Position numbers and translations under genes: made by a program. From Albugo candida (taxonomy: Eukaryota), in the NCBI GenBank assembly GCA_040437565.1, contig JBDOQK010000001.1, positions 124,001 to 188,000 on the forward strand: a stretch of DNA of 64,000 nt, written 5' to 3'. Below the pieces are notes generated by a model. That model ran no database searches and was not told the DNA's origin. It saw only the letters and a program-made list of their open reading frames with translations. Shown here one piece after another: positions 33,508-45,043 of this stretch (position 1 is its first letter; the number at the start of each line of letters is the position of its first letter).

Positions 33508-36352
33508 GGACAATGTTGGAATGTATTGTAAGGACTTAGAATACAAAGTACCCGAAGCGCCACTCTCTCTTAGAATCCAGCATGGAACTCTTGGCGCGGA
33601 GCAACTTTTTCTGCGATGCTTTTTCGTTTAGTATGGGAGTATTGCTTTGGACTTGCGGATGTGCCGACATGCCTATCAAGGACATTTCTGGATGACGATA
33701 AGCGTTTGATAACTATTCAAATGTGTGGTTATTAAGTGAATCGTACTCTAAAACGGTAATACGTATCGCAGTTTAAGCGCATGGAGTTCTAAGGAACAGC
33801 CGCTAACGGAAAGAATACTGAACCTGCTGAGAGCGAAATAATAATTAAGATNNNNNNNNNNNNNNNNNNNNNNNNNNNNNNNNNNNNNNNNNNNNNNNNN
33901 NNNNNNNNNNNNNNNNNNNNNNNNNNNNNNNNNNNNNNNNNNNNNNNNNNNTCATCAAAGTGTTTTTGCGCGGCTTCGTTATTTGGTTTGATAATCTGGA
34001 AGCCGTGCTGGCTCTCTTGTGTATCTCGATGAATGACAATTGCACCATCTAGATCCAGACTGCACATATATTCTTTGCTAGTCGTACGTGATGCTGATTC
34101 AAGCGTATACTGCTTCAATATGTGTGGTCGTATTTCGAAAAAGAACTCGTTGCAACCATGCTCGCCATATCGACGAAGAATTCCTCGACGCTTGATGATG
34201 AGAGATTTCCATCTCGTAGCAGCTTTCTTGACAGCTTCTATAGCACGATAGCATTGATTGCACATCCGTTCCTTCGGGTAGTCACGACTCCTCTCGTTTG
34301 GACTGGCACCGCATTGAATCTTTGCATCAATATCATATGTTGTGTTCAAAGTGATGCAACTGTATTTTGAGCAAGTATCACACACGGTCAGAGCACAACG
34401 ATGGCAACGATGAGACTGAGATTGAATACTGTAAATGTTCTTGCAAAATGTACACGACTTGACTTGTTGATCGGGTAATAACGCAACAGGATCCTGAGAG
34501 CTATCTGCAGTAACCTTTGTCCGTAGCAATCGCGCACCATTAATAGCCCCTTGAAGCTGCTCTGTCCACTCTTTTCGGTGATGAGGGGAGCTGGCAAATA
34601 ATAATAAATTTTTCTGAGAACTCTTTATCGTAAATGCACAACTCTGTTTGCAACCATTTCTTGCCAGAGCATTTGTGGATCCAGCAAATGCAGGCGAAAG
34701 CTCAACATCAACTTGGAGTGTCGGCTGCACAAGCTCCAAAATGCTTCGTACTCGAAGTCCTCCTGTTCCAGCATGATCACTGCAAAGCAAGATATCGTTG
34801 AAAAGATGTACTACAACCTTTTTCGTTTGCTGGTGCTTTGTTGCTTTGACCAAATTCCCTGTTTTGATGAGTTTTCTGTTTGCAGTGATCAAGGATATCT
34901 GACCCTGAAAGAGCTTCTGTGTAGCAAGAATCATCTCTAAATCGGCTTGTGCTGCAACAGTTGCGTTCATCTTAGTCGTTGCTTCTTCAACACGCTTCAC
35001 AGCCTCCGCCAAGAACCATGCGTCTGAATCCTCTGAAGGAGTGTAATCACAGACACGCTGCAACAAGAGTTTGTACCTTGGTATCCTCTGTATAGGCATA
35101 ATCAAAAGACTATCAAAGCTTTGAGACGATCGACTAGCATCTTTGCACTTTTGTAAAAACAAGCTGAATCCGAGCTTCACATCATTTCGATATCGCTGTA
35201 GAAGCTTTGTCACCGTTTCGTAATCTTTTGCATAAGCTGCATGAAACGTAAAAAGCCCCGTAAATCGACAAAACACAGCACCAATCCCCTCACAAGTCAA
35301 ATGCTTCGATGTGGAATGAAGCAATGCAATAGAAGATGGCGCTTGCGTATAGCCCTGAATATTGATCATTTCCTCCAAGTCGTGAAAGAGCTTGCGGTGA
35401 AGTGTAATCAGCTGAGTTAGATGGCTGAAAAACACGGCGATTTGCGCATCTTCCATCACAGGATGTCGCTGCTTGAGCATTGGAACGATGTAAAAGTCGT
35501 GCAACACGCACAAGTCACGTATGTATACTTTCTCGGTCGTAAACAGCTCACGAATGGCATTCCCGCGCTGCCGCTCTTTGAGCGATATTTCGACCCGAAC
35601 ACTTTGTAAATGACTATCACTCTGATTGTCCTCTCTTTGAAAAGAATTTGACAAAGTAAAAGAAGGGAATGTTTGAGAGGATATGTGTGGAGAGCCCTGT
35701 AACTCGTCGATCTCATGTGTCGTCTGATTATCAACCGAAAGGATCGGAAATGAGCGCAGAAAATCGTCCGATTGGTTTCCTTTTGCTTTACGTTCAACTT
35801 CAACTTCAACTTGTTGAGCGCGCGGAAACGTAAGAGTGTTTGTACTTTGGGCATATCTGGGTGTAAGTGAGTGCGATCGGGTTATATTTGTTCTGTAAGG
35901 GCTACGATCTGGACTTGCCAGTAAACCGGAATGATTGTCCGGATTCATTATGGCATCTTTCTGTTTCTGTCGCCATGGAGAAGTAGGCACTCGGAAAGAA
36001 CTAAACATGGACAATGTTGGAATGTATTGTAAGGACTTAGAATACAAAGTACCCGAAGCGCCACTCTCTCTTAGAATCCAGCATGGAACTCTTGGCGCGG
36101 AGCAACTTTTTCTGCGATGCTTTTTCGTTTAGTATGGGAGTATTGCTTTGGACTTGCGGATGTGCCGACATGCCTATCAAGGACATTTCTGGATGACGAT
36201 AAGCGTTTGATAACTATTCAAATGTGTGGTTATTAAGTGAATCGTACTCTAAAACGGTAATACGTATCGCAGTTTAAGCGCATGGAGTTCTAAGGAACAG
36301 CCGCTAACGGAAAGAATACTGAACCTGCTGAGAGCGAAATAATAATTAAGAT
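31451..36352. repeat. Direct duplication 31451-33851 = 33952-36352 across an N-gap (probable assembly artefact)
   Basis: Offset 2501, bounded by gap 33852-33951; produces a false second RhoGEF 5' part. Confidence 0.9.
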
Positions 36353-36596
36353 TATCCGATCTTACAGGCTGCGTGTAGCTTCTTTGGATTCGCTTATAGG
36401 CGTTTCAGATAATTTATGGGTGAAAACGGCATTAAAACATCAATTTACAAAGGTATTACTTACTCGACATTTCGCAAAAAAAGTTAAAAGGCGACTGTTC
36501 ATGCAATCCAAGAAAAGGTCGGATGTTCATGTAAAACGGCGATCGCTGTGACACGACCAAAGGCGGGTTCATGTGACCACCTTATTTCGGTTCATC

Positions 36597-37937
36597 CTAC
36601 TTATGTGATCCATGTTCAAGTTCCACTCGATCGTTATCGTCAAGCTGCGCTGCTAAATCCATTGTCAATCTAATCGCGTCATGCGCTATGTATTCAGCTT
36701 CTTCTCGTGATCGTAATGCTTCTTTTATCAGCTCTTTCGCATCTTCTAGCTGCTTTGCTTGAACTTCAGAGTGATCAAATAATATGGTGATCATTTCAAC
36801 TAGTTTTTCGCGTGGAGCAGTGGCTAATTGAGATTCCTGAGCGTTGAGAGAGTCCATAGTAGCCACATCAATTAAACAAAATGTTTCACGAATTGCACTC
36901 TCCTCATTTGAATCAGATGAACGTCTCGATCTATGAGAGTGAAATATCTTGTCAAACGTTCGTCTTCGTCTCATCCTTCCATCTAATCTCTGACCGCTTC
37001 CTCTTTTGGCATCGGAATATGACGACGACAACTTTCGAATTCGATACTCACATTCTTCATCCTTTTGCTGCTTATAATGTTTCAGTTTTTCATCAGCTTT
37101 GTGCTGAATTTCTTGTACTCGCTCTTGAACTCTCTTCTCTATTGCTTCCTCGAGATATGCCTCTTGATGATCTCTTTCCCTGCAAATTTCTTCCACATGC
37201 AGCAATTGGAGTTGAAATCGCCGATATTCCTCTTTCGGAATTTCGATACAATCCGATATCCGTTCCGACCTGCTCCCATCCGTCTCCTCATCATCAGAAG
37301 ACGTCAGAGCCAATCGCTGGAATGCACGTCTTGTTTTAAGTGCCAGAAGTGTTGCTGGTCCTCTCGTGTCTGTTTCTTCACCACAAGACTCTGTTCTCGA
37401 TCTGACGCGAGCTTGTTCATAACACTCTGTCCTCGACCTGATGCGAGATTCTTGATCTCCTTCAGCGCGCTTGTATTGTAAGGGTCTTTCAATCTGTCTA
37501 TTTGCAGTTAATCTGCTGGACGAATTCCGAAAGGTATTGCGATAAGACATCGAGCATCGTAACTGGCGAAAAGTAGCGACTGAATGCGTTGATTGGCTGA
37601 AACTCTGCTTTCCCGAAGTACTTTCCGCTTGCATTAGTTGAGATTCTGAGTCGCGAATGTCACTTTGGCGTCTCGATAATGGTGATATGATTCTCATATT
37701 ATCACACGACTCCAGACTACCAGAGAGGTTATCAATGGACATCACTTCACTCAGTGATTGCATCGAGGATGTAGTCGCTGTTGAACACGGTGATCCTTTT
37801 TCTAAGTTGTCATCGAACGCATTTTGCGCGATACTTTTTGTTCTCATAGATTTTTGAGAGGAAAATGGCCGTAGCGAGTCCAATAGCGACCTTCGTGTTC
37901 GCCGTAAAGTCTCATGTTCTCTTAATTGCGAATTCAT
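36597..37937 (-). CDS. Hypothetical Ser/Arg-rich and coiled-coil protein
   Basis: Long uninterrupted ORF (first ATG 37937) with coiled-coil segments; no family recognised. Confidence 0.7.
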   Translation of the reverse strand: MNSQLREHETLRRTRRSLLDSLRPFSSQKSMRTKSIAQNAFDDNLEKGSPCSTATTSSMQSLSEVMSIDNLSGSLESCDNMRIISPLSRRQSDIRDSESQLMQAESTSGKQSFSQSTHSVATFRQLRCSMSYRNTFRNSSSRLTANRQIERPLQYKRAEGDQESRIRSRTECYEQARVRSRTESCGEETDTRGPATLLALKTRRAFQRLALTSSDDEETDGSRSERISDCIEIPKEEYRRFQLQLLHVEEICRERDHQEAYLEEAIEKRVQERVQEIQHKADEKLKHYKQQKDEECEYRIRKLSSSYSDAKRGSGQRLDGRMRRRRTFDKIFHSHRSRRSSDSNEESAIRETFCLIDVATMDSLNAQESQLATAPREKLVEMITILFDHSEVQAKQLEDAKELIKEALRSREEAEYIAHDAIRLTMDLAAQLDDNDRVELEHGSHK

Positions 37938-38309
37938 TTGTGAAGGATTGCTTGGCTCGCTGTGTCGATTAAAAAAATGCACTACGAATAGAATTGTTTT
38001 ACTGGCAGTCAAAAAAGTCCTTACGATATTTGTGGGAGGCTGATCCCAGTTGGAATGAAATACCGGCAGGTCAAGTCAGCTTCCTTGTGACAGGGTTGCA
38101 CCCATTATAGCATCTTATGATTGGTTTATATTAGACTCGCAGTGAACCCAAGTCTCAATGTAACAAACACATGCTTGAAAAGGTATAGGCCACTTGATTG
38201 TGATTGGTTAAGAAGGGACCGTTTGCCTATTCACTCAGTCATACATATGCGCTAGGACTCACTTTGATTTTATTACAAGCGTGCGCAATTAATCTCCAAC
38301 ATGCGTCGT

Positions 38310-38497
38310 TATTTAACGCAATACACCCGTTATGTATTCTGATAAAAACCCCGNNNNNNNNNNNNNNNNNNNNNNNNNNNNNNNNNNNNNNNNNNNNNNN
38401 NNNNNNNNNNNNNNNNNNNNNNNNNNNNNNNNNNNNNNNNNNNNNNNNNNNNNTATTTAACGCAATACACCCGTTATGTATTCTGATAAAAACCCCG
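38310..38497. repeat. 44-nt direct duplication 38310-38353 = 38454-38497 across an N-gap
   Basis: Identical 44-mer on either side of gap 38354-38453. Confidence 0.85.
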
Positions 38498-38549
38498 AAT
38501 TGTTGGGTAAACGATTCTCATCCGTTCATAAATAGCGGGTCCAATAAGA

Positions 38550-39907
38550 ATGCAATTACTGTCATTAATCGCTTTGTTCGTGATCTATAAAGTCAACGCT
38601 GATACCGCGCGATCGGGTCTATTTTCTTTAAAATCCAACGCGCTTCTTCTATCCAAGACTGCCTCTCTCCGACTGATAATACAAGTCACTCCCGGACAAG
38701 AAGTGATCAATGAAGTTGTGGTTAAGAGCATCACAAACACAAACAGCCGAATCAGTGTGTTATCTGACAAAGTATGCCTTTTTATGACAAAATTATTTCG
38801 GCTAACACTATTAATGAATGCATAGACAGTAAAGGGCAAAGGGAATGAATTCACGGTCACATTGGGTGGCGCAGTGAACGCCGGCGTGTACGAAGCAGTT
38901 ATCCGTAGTTCCGAATCTGGCCACGAAGAAACACTTTCATTCAAAGTATGTATCGCTCTGTTGCTCAGACTCCTATTCTCAATGCATTTCTAGGTGGTCA
39001 CACCAGTTTCAATCCAATCTGCGAATTTCAATGGAATCACATTAACTGAGGGCCAGCAACTTGAGAAAAAGACTTTCAGCTCCGGATCGCAGGATGTCTT
39101 TGACGCAAAAATCATCGTGGAAGATGGCCTGAAACAGCGAACGATACGTCCACAACAAGCCGTTCTTCACTTTAAGCATAAAAAGCTCAATACTGACGCG
39201 CATTTTGCGCTGGAAAGCTCTGAAACTGAACCGGAAACGCTGACGTTATCGTTGCAATTCTCCGCATTGAGCAAGACGTTCCAATACAATTCTGGCGATT
39301 ACAATGTGCGTCTGATCATCGGAGATGTCTCGTTCAAAGTACGTGAATACAGCTATCCGTATCTGTTTCTTTGCTGAATGTACACCATGCAGGAACCAAT
39401 TATTTGGGATCTGGGAACGCTTAAGGTTTTGGTCGCCACAGCGGTGCCGGCTGCGTCTCCGCGACTGTATGCAAAACCACTTCTGCATGAGAGTGATACG
39501 ACTTTCAAAGCACTTCCGGAGATCCGACACATGATGCGTCCACAAGAACGTCGTCCACCTGTGGTCGTATCGCTGCTATTCGCTGGAGCTGTGTTGGTAC
39601 GTCTACATCGAAAAGTTCTAAGCTTGTTTGAATTTATTGTATCGTGTAGCTTCCACTAATCGGTTTTGCTGGATTTGTCGTTGGATTACGCTTAAACGCC
39701 CAGAAGCTGTTCAAGTCGCACATCTTTGGATATGGAGTCGTGTTCCTTACATCATTGACTGTGATATTGGGCCTTTATGCTCTGTTCTGGGTGCGTCTCA
39801 CGTTGTTTCAATTGCTCGGATACTTGTCGTTTGTTGGAGGTGTCTTTATGATTTCGGGCCATGCGACACTGAAAAGACTCGCCGAGTTGAAAGTTAAAAA
39901 GCTTTGA
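38550..39907 (+). CDS. RPN2: Oligosaccharyltransferase subunit ribophorin II (Swp1/RPN2), short form
   Basis: Signal peptide MQLLSLIALFVIYKVNA; RPQQAVLHF, SGDYNVRLIIGD, LPEIRHMMRPQERRPP; three C-terminal TM helices; four introns. Confidence 0.88.
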
Positions 39908-40019
39908 GGCAAATAAAACTTTGTTGGAAGTGTGGGTTTGTTAATTTGTAGCTTCACGGCAAATGACCTACCGCATCGCTCAGCGTGGGTCTTGATGTCA
40001 CGTACAAAGGCCAGACACT

Positions 40020-42932
40020 TCATCTCCGATTTTGCTGCGTGGTTGCAGACCCACGCGCCAAGACTTCATGATAAGCCCATTTGATCCAAGGCATGAGCGC
40101 TTCTACATCTTTTGTTTCAACAGTGGCACCACACCAAATGCGAATTCCGGGAGGTGCATCTCGATATGATCCAATGTCATATGCAATTTGTTCTGTTTCG
40201 AGCAACTCGACCATTTCTTGCACTTGTTCTCGTCTAAAATCTTTGATTTGTAAGCAAACGGATGTGTTCGAACGAACTTGAGGCAATTGCGCTAAAAACG
40301 CGATCCAGTTGCTGTTATTTTGTACAAATGCTTCCACGGCATGTAGATTCCCGCGTGAAATGGCAATAAGACCATTTACTCCGCCAACACCTTCAGCCCA
40401 ATTCAACGCGTCTAAGTAATCTTCGACACAAAGCATTGACGGAGTATTTATTGTGCTTCCATTGAAAATTCCTTTGAGAAGCTGTCCGGACTTTGCATTT
40501 GTCAATCGGAATATCTTTGGAATCGGTCGATCAATAGGCACAAACGTCTCCAAGCGCTCTATAGCTCGAGGACTCAGTATGAGGACACCATGAGCTCCTT
40601 CTCCTCCAAGTACCTTTTGCCAGCTAAATGTGCACACATCGATCTTGGACCAAGGGATATCCATTGCGAAAGCAGCCGAAGTTGCATCATTAAAAGTGAG
40701 ACCCTTACGATCGTCTGCGATCCAGTTTCCATCAGGAATGCAAACGCCACTTGTGGTTCCATTCCACGTGAATAGAATATCATGATCAGGATTGGTCTGT
40801 GACAAATCAGGCAGATCGCCAAATGGCGCAGAGAATTCACGGACACTCTTCAACTTGAGTTCTTGTACAGCATCCGTGTACCACTGCTTGCCGAAAGACT
40901 CCCAGTAACAGATATCCACTGGACGATCACCAAGCATATTCCACATCGCCATCTCAAACGCGCCAGTGTCCGAAGCAGGGACTATACCGAGAAGATAATC
41001 GTCCGGTAATTGCAGTAAATGTTTGGAACGACGGATAGCTTCTTCCAACAAGCGTTTTCCAAGTTTAGAACGATGACTGCGTCCAAGTGCGATGTCAGAT
41101 AGATTGGCGAGCGAGTACCCGGGGCGTTTTTTGCATGGTCCTGATCCAAAGTTTGGGCTAGCAGGACGAACTGTGGGTTTTAGAGTAAGAGATGGCTTGC
41201 TCTCCTGTTGAGGCAACCTGAAAACGGTACTCCATTCTCGACGTGCGGTCAAATCCATATCAACAAGCGTTAGTGGACGAAGATTAGAGAGTTGATTCAG
41301 AGCTTGCAGTTCTTGAATTGCTTGATCCGGGATCGGATCGTCGAGATTTAAGATTCCTACTGCATGAGTCTCTTTGGATTCCCGAGCAAGTCCAAAGCAG
41401 CCAATATTGATATCATGTTTTGCGAGTACGGAAGTGATTGAATTCAATACTCCAGGCTGATCCTGATTCTGAAACATCAACATTGTTCCGGTGGGAATGC
41501 AATCGACAGACAAATCATTGAGTGCAATCAGTCTTGGTTGGTTTTTGCCAAATACAGTGCCCGTGATCTTCCTCATAAACCCATTTTCACCTTCCACAAT
41601 CACACTCAATCGGTTTGAAAAGCTGCTATCAATCGGCTCGTCATGTTTATGTTCCACTACTTTGATTCCCAAATTATCGGCCAAGTGACGAGCATTTGCT
41701 GGAGTTACCTCCTCTTCCAGCATGAACGATAGCATCCCTCTGAGCACACCAGCAATGATCTGTCCAGAAACTTGCGGGGAAGCAGTTGCTTGTCCCACTG
41801 ACACCACAATAACTCGAGTGATTCTCCTTTCGTCTAGTAATTGAGCTTGTATACTTCCGAGCTTTTGAGCAAGGAGAAAGAATGGGGAAAACTCTTCTCT
41901 GCGATGGAAATCCACATTTGGCGCATTGACAATATTCCGGAACGATCTCCCCGAAAAGATCGCATCGATCGCGTCAGCGAGTTGTGGTGTTTGAACGCTC
42001 GTAACGAGTTCCGGCGCGAAGATAACTTTTGAATCTTTAGCCAATGCCTTATAGACCTCTGATTCTTGTGCGTCCATTTCAAGTTGAGACGGTTTATGCA
42101 GAGCAACTCCACCGATTTTACCTGTTTCAAGGTTTTCCAGCAATGCTGTGACGTCTACCAAGTCGGTATGGCTACCAATTATGATTTTCACACCATCCTT
42201 ACACGATTCTAGTCTTCCCGCGCTTAAAAAATGCTTTGTATTTGCATTGCGCGGAAGATGAAGTGAGATGTAATCGCTTCTCGACAAAAGCTCCGAAAGG
42301 GAAACAGGTTCAATTTGATGAGATTTCGAGATATGATTGGATAATATTAAATCGTATCCGATGACATTCATTCCGAATGCGCGACAACGTGCGGCAACTT
42401 GACATCCAATGCGACCGAGTCCAATGATTCCGATTGTTTTGTTGTGGATGCTAGAATGGCGATGGGGTATACACTCCGACCCCTGGATAGGAATTTCGGA
42501 TAGACGCGTTAGAAGGCTCAATGTACGTTCTGCTTGTAATGTGACAGAGCGTATGTCAGGTTGAAGGACCATCACTCCATTTCGTGCTGCATGAACAACA
42601 TCAATTTTATCCAATCGTGAGGAAGTGCATGCAAGAAGTCGAAGTTTTGAAGCGTGCGAAAGGATATTTTTGTTGATTTTTGTATGAGAATCGACGAGAA
42701 GGACTTGACACTCTGATAAGAGGCTGTGAGGATGCACAGATAATTCAGAGCGAGATGTTGACGTGACATGGTGACCTTTGGAGCGTAATAGTTCTATGAA
42801 CTGTGGATTGAATGATTCCGTGCAAAGAATGTTTGGCATGGCTACGAGACGACTAGTATGGAGTGCTTTATGAGGTTGCTTGTATCGAGAAGCATACCGT
42901 GCTCGTTTCGTCCATGCAAGCAGCGATTGCAT
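40020..42932 (-). CDS. serA-serC: Fusion of a D-3-phosphoglycerate dehydrogenase-like module (SerA with ASB+ACT, degenerate active site) and phosphoserine aminotransferase (SerC), with putative mitochondrial presequence
   Basis: Single ORF with GIIGLGRIG Rossmann motif and ACT domain NQDQPGVL...INIG, then [29 protein letters not shown] and [10 protein letters not shown] (PLP lysine). The N-terminus is Arg-rich with no acidic residues. Confidence 0.93.
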   Translation of the reverse strand: MQSLLAWTKRARYASRYKQPHKALHTSRLVAMPNILCTESFNPQFIELLRSKGHHVTSTSRSELSVHPHSLLSECQVLLVDSHTKINKNILSHASKLRLLACTSSRLDKIDVVHAARNGVMVLQPDIRSVTLQAERTLSLLTRLSEIPIQGSECIPHRHSSIHNKTIGIIGLGRIGCQVAARCRAFGMNVIGYDLILSNHISKSHQIEPVSLSELLSRSDYISLHLPRNANTKHFLSAGRLESCKDGVKIIIGSHTDLVDVTALLENLETGKIGGVALHKPSQLEMDAQESEVYKALAKDSKVIFAPELVTSVQTPQLADAIDAIFSGRSFRNIVNAPNVDFHRREEFSPFFLLAQKLGSIQAQLLDERRITRVIVVSVGQATASPQVSGQIIAGVLRGMLSFMLEEEVTPANARHLADNLGIKVVEHKHDEPIDSSFSNRLSVIVEGENGFMRKITGTVFGKNQPRLIALNDLSVDCIPTGTMLMFQNQDQPGVLNSITSVLAKHDINIGCFGLARESKETHAVGILNLDDPIPDQAIQELQALNQLSNLRPLTLVDMDLTARREWSTVFRLPQQESKPSLTLKPTVRPASPNFGSGPCKKRPGYSLANLSDIALGRSHRSKLGKRLLEEAIRRSKHLLQLPDDYLLGIVPASDTGAFEMAMWNMLGDRPVDICYWESFGKQWYTDAVQELKLKSVREFSAPFGDLPDLSQTNPDHDILFTWNGTTSGVCIPDGNWIADDRKGLTFNDATSAAFAMDIPWSKIDVCTFSWQKVLGGEGAHGVLILSPRAIERLETFVPIDRPIPKIFRLTNAKSGQLLKGIFNGSTINTPSMLCVEDYLDALNWAEGVGGVNGLIAISRGNLHAVEAFVQNNSNWIAFLAQLPQVRSNTSVCLQIKDFRREQVQEMVELLETEQIAYDIGSYRDAPPGIRIWCGATVETKDVEALMPWIKWAYHEVLARGSATTQQNRR

Positions 42933-43193
42933 TTGTCTACCAATGGTACAAACCGGTATCACTGGTATTCTCTGTTTGAACTACGATAAATCCTTTTCGA
43001 CCAATAAAGCGTCAGGATACAAAACAGTACCCTCTTATATCTGTTCCTGCGGGGTATCAACACAAACAGTACCCGCCATCTCGGAATGCGGAATCAATGA
43101 AACAATTCGGAATGAGTATGCGCTTCCACAGGTAGAATCAACCCGCGCCCCTTTTCTGCCCCGATCCGCTGCAACGTCAGTGTCAATTCAAGA

Positions 43194-44842
43194 ATGGGTG
43201 GATCACTGTCACGTACGTCGCTTCTGAAGCATCGAAGTTCCATTGACGAAAGCAATCGAAGAAGCTCTTACCTTATGGCTGACACGTCCGTACGCGGAAG
43301 TGTCTCAATACTTCCAGAACAAGTCACATCGCTCTCGCAAGTCACTTTAGGTGCATTATGAAGCTTATTATGGCGTTATCGATTGCTAAGCGGTTTCTAT
43401 ACGTAGTGTTGCGTCAAAATGGCTTGGGTGCATGTAATTTTATCCTTGGAATTGACTGTAGGTGTCTCGATTGAACTGTAGGTTGTTCTTACTCAATTTT
43501 TGGTGTGGACAACAGTCAGTAAAAATAACGAATGGAGTGGAAGAAGAACATATGGTGGTCGATGCTTACACGCTCCTTCAACTAATTTCCACCAATGCAA
43601 TCCGTATGAAGAAGTCCTCGATCCGCTCTGTCGGACTTTGCGAGTATTCGGTCGGTTGTTATTGTCTAATTTATTGGAATTGTTGGTCGCTGACTCCGTC
43701 TGTATCCGAAGGCTCAAGGAATGCTGTTCCATGTTATGGTTTTGGCGATCGAGAGACGAATGATACCTCGGTGTTTACGTTTTTAGGCGGTCGAGACTGC
43801 ATTTTAGGTCTTCCTTATGAAGGCGTTCAAGCGCGGTACGTGATCTGTCGAGTTGAAGGCTGCAATATGACACATTCCTATCACAGATATCGAGATGTTG
43901 TTCCTCATGTGGTTATGGCGGGTCCTGCATCGTTTGCTCCTCTCATCCATCAGAGCCTTGCAATTGTAAATGAGACCGGAGAATTTCATGTCTTATTCAT
44001 CATTGCCTCTGGACATTTGGCTGGATCGTCTAGAGAACTCCTTGCAGAATTGGATGTCAATGAACAGAAAACGATCGACGCTATCAAACTCGCAAGCCAT
44101 TTCCCTCTCAGTATTGTGATTGTGGGCGTCGGAGATGGACCTTGGGATGGTATGAAGCAGTACAAACGTTTCCTTCACAACCGAAAATTCGACAATCTGC
44201 ACTTTGTTGATTATGAAGTACGTGTCACCCAATTTCTTTGAATTAGACTCATTGAAATTCGAATAGAAAATCGCATCCAAATACTCTGCTTTCTGCAAAC
44301 GTCAAGCTCAGTTTGCACTTGATGCACTCATGAAACTTCCAGAACAGTATCGTGCAATTAAGCGTCTTGGGTATCTCGAAGCAGGTCCATTCAACTTTGG
44401 ATATCCTATTCCAGAGGTCCATGTGCATCCTCTACCACAGTCTAGCAATCAACCTGAAGAAGCAGAGGTCCCAGTATTTCCAATTCGAGTCTCAATGACT
44501 GCGGTTCCATCGACCGAGGATCAAGACCAAAGCCCGACCACAAGCAGTTGCAAGAAAACGCGCGCAAATACCAGCAGTTTTGATTCAAAAAGACCCAGTG
44601 AGCTATTAAAAGAGCTAGTTTGTGGATTGAGAGTAGATCATACGCAACCACGCACGTCATTGACAGCTGAAGAGGAGCTTGCAAAATTACAGGAAGAGCT
44701 TCTTTGTTGCATATGTGAAGAAAGGAGAAAGAATTTGGTGTTTCAGTGCGGTCACGAGACATGCGGCACATGCGCTTTGACGCTGAGAGATTGCCCAACA
44801 TGTCGTCAGCCGATTCAAATCCGCATCAAGCGATTTACGTAG
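43194..44842 (+). CDS. RGLG-like copine/VWA + C-terminal RING E3 ubiquitin ligase
   Basis: Spliced LRQNGLGACNFILGIDFSKNNEWSG, PCYGFGD, GPASFAPLI, PLSIVIVGVGDGPW, RKFDNLHFV and RING CCICEERRKNLVFQCGHETCGTC...CPTCR. The start is uncertain (MGGSLS at 43194 or MADTS near 43276). Confidence 0.88.
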
Positions 44843-45021
44843 CGTCTCGAACGCATTTCATCAAAGAGTATATATTGTATACATATGAAGACCTTTTATT
44901 CGAAGGTAGTATACGCAATGGNNNNNNNNNNNNNNNNNNNNNNNNNNNNNNNNNNNNNNNNNNNNNNNNNNNNNNNNNNNNNNNNNNNNNNNNNNNNNNN
45001 NNNNNNNNNNNNNNNNNNNNN

Positions 45022-45043
45022 AGACTCAGACTCAGACTCAGAC
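45022..45043 (+). repeat. (AGACTC)n hexamer microsatellite abutting the gap, encoding poly-TQ in the CHD frame
   Basis: agactcagactcagactcagac immediately after gap 44922-45021. Confidence 0.7.

Noticed and set aside
33789-36047. Tandem RhoGEF paralogue (752-aa ORF)
   Set aside because: Identical to 31451-33546 and truncated exactly at the gap.
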